DNA of 64,000 bases from the NCBI GenBank assembly GCA_016715645.1, contig JADJZR010000007.1, positions 116,221 to 180,220 on the forward strand, written 5' to 3'. A program made the translations under genes and the position numbers. Every line of letters begins with the position of its first letter. Position 1 is the first letter of the stretch. Source of the DNA: Elusimicrobiota bacterium (GTDB lineage Bacteria > Elusimicrobiota > Elusimicrobia > FEN-1173). Shown in pieces: positions 1 to 9,036 of this stretch. The notes under the pieces were generated by a model that saw only the letters and a program-made list of their open reading frames with translations, did not search any database and was not told the DNA's origin.

Positions 1-2056
1 CCCGACGGTCCCCGCTTCCCGGAGAAAAGGCCTTGGGAACCGTTCGAACCTGGACACGGCCTCGGCCAAGACTCCAAAAACGGAGGGCCAAAGCCACCGC
101 CTCATTTTCCGCGATAAAACGAATCTCCGTGTCGCGACCCCGAGACGATAAACAGGCTCGGGCCAATGCTCCCAAACTCTTCCAATCCGCACCAACGGGA
201 ACCACCCACACCCGCGCATTTTCATCGTTCACCACCTGAGCCAGTCTCCCTTTCCACCCTTCGCCGGCCTTGGCGTAGGCGTCGAGCAGGCTCAGCAAAG
301 ATTGTTTTGATTTCACGGCGGAACGATCCCGCACAGCCGCCTCGTCCAACGCCGCCACAAAGACAAACCGAGCGGTGGCGTTCCTCAACTGCGCGTCAAC
401 GGGCTCCGGCAGACTTATTACGGCACGAAGGGCGGTTTCTGAATTTCCCATCGCTCCACTGCCGTTTTTTCCCTCGACATGGTCCCCATCGGATGAAGAG
501 GGCGGAGCTCGGAAGAAGTCATGGCGATAATGTAACACCAACCCAATGATTATGAACACCACGCCGAGGGCAGGTCCCCACCCTCCCCACGCAATCAGAA
601 ATCCCCCCGACCCATAAAAAGACATCAGGAAATGGGCAAGCCGTGTTAAATCTTTTCCCTGATCCGAAAGCGAATGGGAACCAACAAACACAGGTTCCAA
701 AATGACCGCCAGCACAGGGATCAACCACATGTCCGGAAAGGGCACTCCGAAGGAGGCGAACAACCACGAAACAACAAAAAAAGGCGCAACCCAATGGAGA
801 AAGAACTCCCACAACGCTGTAAATGCAAATTCCAAGTGTTTGGAATATTTATAATTCGGCGAGATTTTAAACAATCTCGCAACACCCTTCCAGACCGATT
901 TCGTTAGGGGCGTTTGAGCCAGAACAGCCGGTGGTAAAGAGAGCGTTGGATTGTAGTCACCCATCAGAAGAATCAGTCGTTTGGCGGTGCGTGTTTTCCA
1001 TTCCGGATCCTGTAGAAACTTTGATGGCATTTCAAGGAGGATATTGGGTAGCGCTCCGGGTGTGAGAGCGGCTCCCATCCCTTCGGCGATGGGATTAAAG
1101 GATGGATCAATTATTCCAAACAGGTTGTAATTCCGAACAGCCTCTCGATGTTTTTCGAATTCCTCATCGGATGCATTCAGGACGACGTCAAACGAAACCA
1201 TGGCCTCGCCCCGGGTCGGAGCAACGACGACTTCAAACGTTCCATCCTTTTTAACTCGCGCATGAACCCCGGCGGATATTTTTTGGTCGTACAAGGTAAC
1301 GAGCTCTTCCGTGACTATTTTGTTTAACTCCTCGAGTGAAGTCCCCCTAAAAAGGATGGGATGGCCTGGATACTCAGACAATTCTTCCCGCCCAGCGGCT
1401 CCCATTTCCTCTGGTGGGGAAAGCGAGTCCAGATAGGCCCAAAGACCGCCGGCCTTTAATTTAATGGCGTGCCAATGGAGGTGCCGTTGAGACGCTCCGC
1501 TAAAGGGGCCATTAATCATAACCCCAAATTCAGGACCAAGTGCCTGGGCCGATAGAAGAAAATCCATGAACCGGTTGTCGCGATCGTAAAGATTAGGAAC
1601 AGGATCCTCAGAAATGAATTGAAAATGAGGATACCCATACTCGCCAAGATTAACGGTGGCACGATAAACATTCCGGCCCGTTCCTTGAACCTGCACAAAG
1701 AATTCATCGGAATTAGCCCCCATAAGACGACAAAACACACATTTATCATCCGGGTGTCCTTCACGTATGTCTCGAGGGTGGCGTGCGAACTCAGACAAGC
1801 GACGGGGTTTATCGTAGTCCGCGCGTTCGGCCACATCCACTAAAACTATTTTAATTCCATTGGCTTCAATAACATTTTCGCGGTCCCGGGATTCGTACAG
1901 ATATGGAAAATACGGTTTCCCGTTAGGGCGGCCTTCCCGGACGAGCCTGCCCCGTGTGGCATGGAAAGCGGACAGGAGCCTATCCTTGGCAAACCCCGGT
2001 CTCCCCACTGCCGTGATATCAACGTGTGGAAGCCCACTCTCCCGATCAGCAACCAC
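1..2056 (-). CDS. HIT-family (histidine-triad) nucleotide hydrolase/transferase domain fused to a multi-pass membrane region. Partial: the 3' end runs off the window start. Absent from the supplied ORF track
   Basis: My own minus-strand translation (codon first bases at 2056, 1840, 1837 ...) is open from the TAG at 2072-2074 down to nt 2. It contains KCVFCRLMG and GVMINGPFSGASQRHLHWHAI (Hint-type CxFC and N-G..Q..H-x-H-x-H motifs). Hydrophobic helices follow: FAFTALWEFFLHWVAPFFVVSWLF, IPVLAVILEPVFV and GGFLIAWGGWGPALGVVFIIIGLVL. The start is unresolved (GTG 2056, GTG 1840, or read-in from the upstream gene). Confidence 0.6.
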   Translation of the reverse strand, partial: MVADRESGLPHVDITAVGRPGFAKDRLLSAFHATRGRLVREGRPNGKPYFPYLYESRDRENVIEANGIKIVLVDVAERADYDKPRRLSEFARHPRDIREGHPDDKCVFCRLMGANSDEFFVQVQGTGRNVYRATVNLGEYGYPHFQFISEDPVPNLYDRDNRFMDFLLSAQALGPEFGVMINGPFSGASQRHLHWHAIKLKAGGLWAYLDSLSPPEEMGAAGREELSEYPGHPILFRGTSLEELNKIVTEELVTLYDQKISAGVHARVKKDGTFEVVVAPTRGEAMVSFDVVLNASDEEFEKHREAVRNYNLFGIIDPSFNPIAEGMGAALTPGALPNILLEMPSKFLQDPEWKTRTAKRLILLMGDYNPTLSLPPAVLAQTPLTKSVWKGVARLFKISPNYKYSKHLEFAFTALWEFFLHWVAPFFVVSWLFASFGVPFPDMWLIPVLAVILEPVFVGSHSLSDQGKDLTRLAHFLMSFYGSGGFLIAWGGWGPALGVVFIIIGLVLHYRHDFFRAPPSSSDGDHVEGKNGSGAMGNSETALRAVISLPEPVDAQLRNATARFVFVAALDEAAVRDRSAVKSKQSLLSLLDAYAKAGEGWKGRLAQVVNDENARVWVVPVGADWKSLGALARACLSSRGRDTEIRFIAENEAVALALRFWSLGRGRVQVRTVPKAFSPGSGDRR

Positions 2057-4053
2057 TTTAAGGGGATCCAGCTAATGATCTTACCTGCCAACATTTTTAG
2101 GAAGGCAATCACTCTTTTCCGCATGCTATCTTCCGTTGGCAAAGGATGGAAATCAACTATTTTTTGTTTGTTGAAAGAAACCACATAGGGCTTGCCTTGC
2201 CATTGAACCTCACAAGTTTTCTTTCCATCGGCGGAGTCTTTTATTTTTATTTTTGGGAGGACCTGTTTAATGTTGTTAAAACCAAGAAGGCTCGCTGTTT
2301 CTCTATAAATGTCGGCGAAAATTTTTGCTCGGACCTGTGGATCTTGTTCTTTGACCGCCGCTGTTAATGCGGAAAGGAAAGACAACTTTTCGACGTTGGC
2401 GGGGGAAGTGGCCAGAAAGAGCTTTTGGCCTTGGAAGAGGCTTTCCAGTGGAGTTTTTTCCTGGGAAAAGACGCTTAGGTAAGCCGATCCTTGGGCCGTA
2501 TCGATCTTATCGATCCGAGGAGTAAAGCGGACCACCGTGACGCCTGCACGGGTGAGTTGATCGGTTAAACCGGAAGAATGGAACCCCCCGGTCACAAGCA
2601 CGGCGGGCTTGGAGGGATTGTTTTTCATCTCCCTCAACACATTGTCCGACATGGCGGTATCCCGGGCCTGGGCTTCCCAGTAGAACGTCTCAAAATCCTG
2701 AAGGTTAAGCCTCTCCTGGATTAAAATGTCTTTACTCAAAGAGGTGTATTGATTCCACTCTTCCGTTGTAAGGGAAAAGGCCGCCAGTTTTTTGGCTAAC
2801 CCTAAAACCGTTGTTTCCTCCACCAACCGTTTTTCGGAAGGGCTTTTGATCCGTAGGGCCAGAATCGCTCCTTCAAGAGCCCGTAAATCTGTGAACAATG
2901 TCTCCGGATCAATTTTGTCCGCCATCAGGACATACCGGATGTACATTTCCATCTGTGGAAAGCGGTGGAGGTCAACCCCGTTTTGGGCGCACAGGGCGCG
3001 GAGGTCACCATAGAATTCCGAATACCGGATTTTGCCGAGTCGGTAAGACGTGCTTTTTTGGGTCAACTTTTCGATGTCTCCGGCGTTCAACCGGCGCAGG
3101 AGGACCCCCAACAAATCCTCTCGCTCCCGATCCACTTGTTTAAAATCAAGCCGGCCTTCGAGGTCCAGGGCTTCCTGGAACCAAACCAAGGAGGGCCCCA
3201 CAGCCTTTTTGGGCGCATCGGATAAAAGGGCGCGAATATAAGTCCCGAGCGGCGTTGTTTCGTTGTGGAAAGACTGGGCGAGTTTGACGAATGCGAGAAG
3301 GGTTTGATTCAACCCTTCCTCGCACCGTCGATCCAGGTCCGCCTGAACTCGCTTGAGTGTCTCTTGCATTCCCCTTTGGCGGGGCTCGGCCTGTTGGTAA
3401 GCCGCCACGTTGGCCCGGTAATGGGCCGGATCATCCACACCAACGATGGGAGGGAACGCCCGGTTTCCCGTGATGGCCGAATGGACGGGGCCTGAAATGT
3501 CGTTGACCCGAAGCAAATAGTCCGCCACGGTTCGCAGGATGTCCGGCCGGGAAAACCGGCGCAATCCCCCAATCTCAATGGGCCCGTAAGCCCCCTCCAA
3601 AGCAACAAGGCCAATGGACCCGTTTGAAACAAGGGACTCGATGGCGCGCCCAATTTTCCGTTGGGCGGCTTCGTTGTGATGGACATCTTGAATGTGAATG
3701 ACAACACGGGAAGAGTGGGAAGCGTGAGGCGACGTTATCTTTCGCACGGACCCGCATTCGAGTGGAAGAGGGAAACCAAGGGGATTCCCAACAGACTGAG
3801 AATCCGCCGGGTCGGGAGAAACCAACGTGATCCGATGGGGAGTCGGCAATGCCGCCAGTTGGAGCCGTCCTGCCCGCTCTGCTACCGATCTTTGGCGAAC
3901 CGATTGGGTCCGCCGTTCGTCCCAAAAGGCGGATTCGGCTCTCAAAGACCCCACTGAGCCGTGGACCCAGAGCCCTGTCGCGAAAACAAAAAAAAGTTTT
4001 CTAAATTTTTGTTTCCCCATGGATTCACCGCCCCATGAGTAATAGTGTAACAC
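1846..4053 (-). CDS. Secreted protein of unknown function, Tiki/TraB/ChaN-like by motif pattern; paralogue of the ORF at 20886..23423
   Basis: 735-aa ORF with a signal-like segment from M12 (MGKQKFRKLFFVFATGLWVHG, ATG at 4020). Blocks shared with the 845-aa ORF: FWDERR/FWKERR, VVIHIQDVHHNEAAQ/LVVHIQDVHEQREAQ, LVALEGAYG/LVGLEGATG, VLVTGGFHSSGLTD/LLLAGGFHTQGMTD, VVRFTP/VVFTP. The family assignment is inference only. The last ~70 codons overlap a more protein-like frame (see findings). Confidence 0.7.
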   Translation of the reverse strand: MLHYYSWGGESMGKQKFRKLFFVFATGLWVHGSVGSLRAESAFWDERRTQSVRQRSVAERAGRLQLAALPTPHRITLVSPDPADSQSVGNPLGFPLPLECGSVRKITSPHASHSSRVVIHIQDVHHNEAAQRKIGRAIESLVSNGSIGLVALEGAYGPIEIGGLRRFSRPDILRTVADYLLRVNDISGPVHSAITGNRAFPPIVGVDDPAHYRANVAAYQQAEPRQRGMQETLKRVQADLDRRCEEGLNQTLLAFVKLAQSFHNETTPLGTYIRALLSDAPKKAVGPSLVWFQEALDLEGRLDFKQVDREREDLLGVLLRRLNAGDIEKLTQKSTSYRLGKIRYSEFYGDLRALCAQNGVDLHRFPQMEMYIRYVLMADKIDPETLFTDLRALEGAILALRIKSPSEKRLVEETTVLGLAKKLAAFSLTTEEWNQYTSLSKDILIQERLNLQDFETFYWEAQARDTAMSDNVLREMKNNPSKPAVLVTGGFHSSGLTDQLTRAGVTVVRFTPRIDKIDTAQGSAYLSVFSQEKTPLESLFQGQKLFLATSPANVEKLSFLSALTAAVKEQDPQVRAKIFADIYRETASLLGFNNIKQVLPKIKIKDSADGKKTCEVQWQGKPYVVSFNKQKIVDFHPLPTEDSMRKRVIAFLKMLAGKIISWIPLKWLLIGRVGFHTLISRQWGDRGLPRIGSCPLSMPHGAGSSGKAALTGNRIFHICTNPGTAKMLLKPMELK

Positions 4054-4062
4054 AGCGGGATT

Positions 4063-4085
4063 AAGATTGTCTTAAGAAGTTGTAA
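4063..4085 (-). promoter_or_regulatory. Conserved upstream element shared with the paralogous operon (copy A)
   Basis: aagattgtcttaagaagttgtaa matches 23497..23519 (aagattcccttaagaacttgtaa) at 20 of 23 positions. It lies about 40 nt upstream of the likely start at 4020 and contains the 6-3-6 palindrome ttaagattgtcttaa (4061-4075). Confidence 0.4.
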
Positions 4086-4105
4086 ATTATTAGTAACAGG
4101 TCAGG

Positions 4106-4972
4106 CTATTCTTTGATGCCTTCGAGGACAATGCCTTTAATGATTTGTTTCTGGAATAAAAGAAACATAATCATCATGGGAAGAATGGAGATGACGGCGC
4201 CCGCCATCAGAAGGCCGAAACTGCCGCCGAACTGGCCGTTGAGCACGGCCAAAACAAGAGGCACGGTGCGCATTTTGGAGTCGTGAATGATGATGAGGGG
4301 CCACACAAAATTGTTCCATTGTTGCATAAACATAAAGATGGACAGGGACGCCAACGCGGGCCGACACAAAGGAAGAATAATCCGCCAATAAATATAAAAC
4401 TCTTTGCACCCATCGATACGGGCCGAGTCCAAAAGGTCGTTGGGGATTTCTCGAATGAATTGGCGCATTAAAAATATGCCGAAGGCTCCCGCCATGGTTG
4501 GAATAATCAGCCCTTGAAAGGTGCTGAGCCAACCCAACTTTTTTATGAGCACAAACGCCGGAACAATGTTCACTTGCCACGGAACCATCATGGAACCCAG
4601 CAGAAGAAGGAAAATTTTGTCCCGACCCCAGAACTTGTGTTTCGCGAAGGCATACCCCGCCATGGAACAAAAGAAAAGGTTCGTCACCGTCACAGCGCCT
4701 GCCACGATGACGCTGTTCAAGATGTAGCGTTTCATGGGGACCAACCGGAAGAGGTCTCGAAAAGATTCGAACGTGGGGTGGTGAACCGCGAAGCTCGGCG
4801 GATAACTCAAAATCTCCGCCCGGGGCTTGATGGAGGTAAGGACCATCCACACAAACGGCAACACCATGACCAACACCCCCAACAAAAGCCCCCCGTACAA
4901 GAGAGTGTTTTTTCCCCAACGTTCAAAACGTATATACGCGGTGCTTGGATAATGACCGGCGGCACGTGCCAT
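4106..4972 (-). CDS. Carbohydrate ABC transporter permease (MalG/UgpE-like)
   Basis: 288 aa, multi-TM, with an EAA-loop-type segment DLLDSARIDGCKEFYIYWRIILPLCRPALA. It is adjacent to a second permease and a solute-binding protein. Confidence 0.9.
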   Translation of the reverse strand: MARAAGHYPSTAYIRFERWGKNTLLYGGLLLGVLVMVLPFVWMVLTSIKPRAEILSYPPSFAVHHPTFESFRDLFRLVPMKRYILNSVIVAGAVTVTNLFFCSMAGYAFAKHKFWGRDKIFLLLLGSMMVPWQVNIVPAFVLIKKLGWLSTFQGLIIPTMAGAFGIFLMRQFIREIPNDLLDSARIDGCKEFYIYWRIILPLCRPALASLSIFMFMQQWNNFVWPLIIIHDSKMRTVPLVLAVLNGQFGGSFGLLMAGAVISILPMMIMFLLFQKQIIKGIVLEGIKE

Positions 4973-4975
4973 GGA

Positions 4976-5923
4976 TTATTCCTTCAACCGAAGAAACTTA
5001 AGGTTTGTCAAAGTGAGCACAAAAATGAGGAGAAACAACATGTAGGCGATCGCCGACGCGTACCCCATCTCAAATCGCTCAAAACCACGCTCATACAGGT
5101 AGGTGACAATCGTGAGCGCGGAATGGAGAACGCCCCCCACATACTCCGTCCCTTGGGTGAGAATGTAGACCTGGTCAAACACTTGGAATGACCCGATGAC
5201 GGACATCAACACCACAAAAACGATCGCGGGACGTAGAAGAGGAAGTGTAATGTGCCAGAAGTTTCGCAGTCCCGACGCGCCATCGATCTCGGCGGCTTCG
5301 TAAATGGTCCGAGGGATTCCCTGCAATCCCGCTAAAAAGATGATGAAGTTATAACCGATCCCGCCCCAAATGCTCATGAGCATGATGGCCGGAAGAGTGG
5401 TTTTCGGGTTGGTCAACCAATCCACCGGGGGGATGCCCATCTTCACCAGGACGAAATTGATGAGTCCGTAGGTCCCCCCCGCATACAGCCATTTCCACAC
5501 AACGGAAATGGCCACGATGGCGGTGATGGTCGGCAAAAAGTAAATCGTTCGGAACAGATATTTCATGAACCGAATTTTTACCGAATCGACCCACACCGCC
5601 AACAACAAAGAAAGGGCCACACCAATGGGAACGGTTCCGGCCACATACATCAAGGTGTTGCGAACCGCAATCCAGAATAGACGATCCTCGAAAATAAGGC
5701 GGTAATAGTTGTTCAGTCCGACCCATTTCGGCGGCTGAAGCACATTGTACTGAGTGAAGCTCAAGAAAAGAGACGCGACGATCGGCATGAAAACAAAAAC
5801 TGAGATAATCAAAACGGCGGGAAGAATAAACAAATAACCCGGAATCATTTTTTTGAACTCGGCAAAAAATAACAGCCGACCGGCGGGGTCCCGCGCTTTT
5901 AATTTGTTTAGAAAAAACATCAT
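4976..5923 (-). CDS. Carbohydrate ABC transporter permease (MalF/UgpA-like)
   Basis: 315 aa, multi-TM, with EAA loop YEAAEIDGASGLRNFWHITLPLLRPAI. Confidence 0.9.
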   Translation of the reverse strand: MMFFLNKLKARDPAGRLLFFAEFKKMIPGYLFILPAVLIISVFVFMPIVASLFLSFTQYNVLQPPKWVGLNNYYRLIFEDRLFWIAVRNTLMYVAGTVPIGVALSLLLAVWVDSVKIRFMKYLFRTIYFLPTITAIVAISVVWKWLYAGGTYGLINFVLVKMGIPPVDWLTNPKTTLPAIMLMSIWGGIGYNFIIFLAGLQGIPRTIYEAAEIDGASGLRNFWHITLPLLRPAIVFVVLMSVIGSFQVFDQVYILTQGTEYVGGVLHSALTIVTYLYERGFERFEMGYASAIAYMLFLLIFVLTLTNLKFLRLKE

Positions 5924-5951
5924 TTAGAGTGCGCTCCTCTCTGGAAAAACC

Positions 5952-5988
5952 CTTCCGGTCCCCCTTTCGCTGAAAGGGGGACCGGAAG
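5952..5988 (-). terminator. Intra-operon stem-loop with U-tract (attenuator or partial terminator) between GH130 and the permease genes
   Basis: A perfect 16-bp stem, cttccggtcccccttt / aaagggggaccggaag, has a 5-nt loop. On the minus strand it is followed by GGTTTTTCC, then GAGGAG and the ATG of the permease. Confidence 0.6.
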
Positions 5989-5996
5989 CATCAATA

Positions 5997-6923
5997 TCAA
6001 TTGGGGAAGCTGTGGGTCTTGATGAACTGGAGAATGTCGCCGATTTTGGCCTCGGCCATGGAAATACAGGTATCGGCGCAACCGTAATACAAGCGCAGTT
6101 TGTCACCGTCCACCACCGCCGAGCTGGGGAAAACAACGTTCGGAACGTCCCCCACCCGCTCGTACGTTTCCGTGGGCGCCAACAAATAATCCTGAGTTCG
6201 ATAAATGACTTTCCAAGGTTTTTCCAGATCCAAGAGAGCGCCGCCGGCGTAGTAGAGGTAACCGTTGCAACTGGTCCACACGCCGTGATAGATCAGCAAC
6301 CATCCCTCTTTCGTTTCAATGGGCACCGGGCCAGGCCCCACCTTGGTCGACTGCCAGCCGCCCCGGGGTCCAAACACGAAACGGTGATGGCCCCAATGAA
6401 CCAGGTCCGGGCTGGACGCATAAAATACGTCTCCAAAAGGCGTGTGGCCCCGGTCGCTGGGACGATGCAACATGGCGTATTTCCCATTAATTTTTCGGGG
6501 GAAAATGACGCAATTGCGGTTCGCCGTGGCGGTGGGGTTTTCCATTTGGTGATACGTCTTAAAGTCTTTTGTCCACGCCAACCCAATGCACGGCCCCTGG
6601 GCGCCCGCGTTGCACCACGTGACGTAAAACTTGTCCTCCAGCTGAGTCACGCGAGGATCGTAACTGTGGGGGGTCATCACCACTTCCGGATCGTCGCTGA
6701 TCATTTTGATCGGGTTGGGGTCAATGGTCCAATTGATGCCATCTTTGCTGAACCCGGAATGGAGGACGTAATGCATGTTGACTTCGTCCACGCGGAACAC
6801 CCCGGCGTAACCATCCCCAAATCGCACGATCGCGCTGTTGTGGATGCTGTTGGCCCGCGGAACCGCCTTGGCCGTTATAATGGGATTGTTTTTGTACCTC
6901 TGGAATACGGTTTCGTTTGCCAT
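5997..6923 (-). CDS. GH130 family beta-mannoside phosphorylase/glycosidase
   Basis: 308 aa with a GH130-typical N-terminus, FQRYKNNPIITAKAVPRANSIHNSAIVRFGDGYAGVFRVDE. The later blocks YDPRVTQLEDKFYVTW and MLHRPSDRG are typical of this beta-propeller family. Confidence 0.8.
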   Translation of the reverse strand: MANETVFQRYKNNPIITAKAVPRANSIHNSAIVRFGDGYAGVFRVDEVNMHYVLHSGFSKDGINWTIDPNPIKMISDDPEVVMTPHSYDPRVTQLEDKFYVTWCNAGAQGPCIGLAWTKDFKTYHQMENPTATANRNCVIFPRKINGKYAMLHRPSDRGHTPFGDVFYASSPDLVHWGHHRFVFGPRGGWQSTKVGPGPVPIETKEGWLLIYHGVWTSCNGYLYYAGGALLDLEKPWKVIYRTQDYLLAPTETYERVGDVPNVVFPSSAVVDGDKLRLYYGCADTCISMAEAKIGDILQFIKTHSFPN

Positions 6924-6924
6924 G

Positions 6925-8157
6925 TTATTTTTCTATCCTTTCGTTCATCGCTTTGGCCGCATCGGCCAGAAGTTTTTTGGGATCTTCACCCCGGACGACG
7001 GCCTTTTGAATGGCCTCGACCACAAAACGAGTACTGTCGTTCCACCCCAACACCGAAGGGGGCGCTTTGGCTTCACGGGCCTGGGCCACCAACACCTCTT
7101 TCATTTCAGGCTCTATGGGCAAAGAATCCCAGGCCTTCATGTTGGGCGGCATGTAGATATTGTGGCTTTTGGCGACTTCAACGTAAATAGCCTGTTGAAT
7201 ATCTTCCCGTGAAAGAAACTTGATAAATTCCCACGCATCATTTTTTTTGCCGGACCGCTCAAAGATGCCCATCGCCCGGCCACCGATGAATCCCGTCCGC
7301 TTGCCCGACGGACCCGCCATCAACGGAGCAATGGACCACTTGCCGTTCAATTCCGGCGCATCCGCGGGCAAACTGTTTATCAACCAGTTGCCGGAGATTC
7401 CCAAAGGAAAATCTCCCGATCTCATCCCTTGAGCCACGCCCTGACCGGCTTTAGGAACATCGTATTTTCGATACAAGTCCGCGTAGAACGACAACGCTTT
7501 CTCGGCCTCAGGTTGATCCAAGTTGGAACTGGTTTTGTCCGCGTTATAATAATCTCCCCCCGCCTGCCACAGAAAAGGCGCAAACCCAATCCAATCCATA
7601 GATCCCCAATCCATCAGCAACCCTTGTTTTTTTGGCGATAAACGTTTGAGGGTGGCCACCAGATCGTCCCAGGTGGCTGGAGGCGTGGGAACCAAATCTT
7701 TTCGGTAATACAGGAGCTGAAGGGTCATGTCAAACGGAAGGGAATACACGGCCCCCCGGTATTCGACCGCTTCCCAAATGGACGGAAACGTCCCGGCTTG
7801 CAAGGCGCTGAGTTCGTCAGGAAAAGTCTTTCTTAAATCCACCATTTGACCTTTTGACCCGAACTCCGTTCCCCACGTGAGGCCCATGGTCCCGATATCC
7901 GGCGTCACATCGCCGGCCATGGCGGTTAAGTACTTGCTGTGAGCTTCGGCCCAGGCCATGGATTCGCAACGGACATCGATTCCTGTTGCTGGTGTAAATT
8001 TTTCCTGGGCCAGCCGTTGGAGGATTTGGGCCTCCTCTTCCGAACCCACATGCCAAAACAGGACGTGCTTTTTCTCCGCCGGAACCGTTGTGGAAGAACA
8101 CGCCGCCAACCCGGCCATTAACCCAATAGACAAAACAAAACAATTCATATTTCGCAT
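6925..8157 (-). CDS. Extracellular solute-binding lipoprotein of a sugar ABC transporter
   Basis: 410 aa with lipobox LMAGLAAC. SBP family-1-like composition, and the gene directly precedes GH130 and the two permeases. Confidence 0.9.
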   Translation of the reverse strand: MRNMNCFVLSIGLMAGLAACSSTTVPAEKKHVLFWHVGSEEEAQILQRLAQEKFTPATGIDVRCESMAWAEAHSKYLTAMAGDVTPDIGTMGLTWGTEFGSKGQMVDLRKTFPDELSALQAGTFPSIWEAVEYRGAVYSLPFDMTLQLLYYRKDLVPTPPATWDDLVATLKRLSPKKQGLLMDWGSMDWIGFAPFLWQAGGDYYNADKTSSNLDQPEAEKALSFYADLYRKYDVPKAGQGVAQGMRSGDFPLGISGNWLINSLPADAPELNGKWSIAPLMAGPSGKRTGFIGGRAMGIFERSGKKNDAWEFIKFLSREDIQQAIYVEVAKSHNIYMPPNMKAWDSLPIEPEMKEVLVAQAREAKAPPSVLGWNDSTRFVVEAIQKAVVRGEDPKKLLADAAKAMNERIEK

Positions 8158-8184
8158 GCGCGGACCGCCTTATTTTATTGGAAG

Positions 8185-9036
8185 TTAAAATCCCATGGAG
8201 ACGGAAGTGGTCCATTCCGAACCGGCGCCCACACTCCGTCCATCGAAAATTTGCCCGTATCCGAGACTCAAATTAAAGCTTTTGTTTTCTCCCTGACGGG
8301 TTAACAACCCTGTTCCATCAGAGGCGATATTCAGCGAAAGGTTCCACTTATTATATTCTTGCCCGTCCGGCTGAGAGGGTAAATCCCGCGCGCCGCTGAG
8401 CAAGCCCTTGGCCATAAGCCAAGACGTGGCAAAGAAACCGCCTTCCAACGTCGACAACAAACTTCGTTTGTCCTTGGCCAGTTCGGCGTTGGCGTAGAAC
8501 CGCGACCAGCTCACCCCTGATTCCGATGGGGGCATCGGAACAAACGTTTTACCCACCGACAATCGCGCTTCCGGGTTCCATTCTCCCGAACCCAGTTCAG
8601 GGTCCCGCTGAGTGGAATACCCCAACGGAAAACGGGTCCCCACTATGCCGCTAAAAACCACCGGTTGTTCCGTGAACCGCCACTTCACGGCCACCATCCC
8701 GTCTTGAATGCCGGAATTTGTCAGTTTCGAATAGTCGTCCGTGTACTCAACAACCTTGTGGTTAATGGACGAAATAAGGTTGAGGCGTGGTTTAAGCCCA
8801 TACTCCACGTAAATTTTCGTTGCAAACTCGCTGTATCCTCCCTGAAACGGAGTGTCGCGTTCGTTTCCATTCACATCAAAACTGGAGTCGTCCCAGTAAA
8901 AATTTGTCCCCACTTCCGAATACCATCGGCCCGGATCCAACGTCCAGGCCCCGGCCCAAACCGACGCGGATGTCCCCAACAAGAGAACCGCCACGACACC
9001 AACCCAAACCGCATTTAATAAAAATTTAATTCTCAT
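8185..9036 (-). CDS. Outer-membrane beta-barrel protein, function unknown
   Basis: 283 aa with a signal peptide (LLGTSASVWA), alternating beta-strand pattern and a terminal aromatic residue (SVSMGF). Confidence 0.5.
   Translation of the reverse strand: MRIKFLLNAVWVGVVAVLLLGTSASVWAGAWTLDPGRWYSEVGTNFYWDDSSFDVNGNERDTPFQGGYSEFATKIYVEYGLKPRLNLISSINHKVVEYTDDYSKLTNSGIQDGMVAVKWRFTEQPVVFSGIVGTRFPLGYSTQRDPELGSGEWNPEARLSVGKTFVPMPPSESGVSWSRFYANAELAKDKRSLLSTLEGGFFATSWLMAKGLLSGARDLPSQPDGQEYNKWNLSLNIASDGTGLLTRQGENKSFNLSLGYGQIFDGRSVGAGSEWTTSVSMGF

Noticed and set aside
1516-1836. 106-aa minus-strand ORF listed in the track
   Set aside because: It lies out of frame inside the much longer stop-free HIT-domain frame, and its translation has no features.
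4137-4919. 260-aa alternative-frame ORF within the permease gene (and 5349..5726 within the second permease)
   Set aside because: It is on the same strand but a different frame from genes with clear ABC permease EAA loops, and its composition is not membrane-protein-like.
6012-7190. 392-aa plus-strand ORF across the GH130 and SBP genes
   Set aside because: It is antisense to two genes with strong family signatures. Its R/G/P/H-rich, low-complexity translation is typical of shadow frames in GC-rich DNA.
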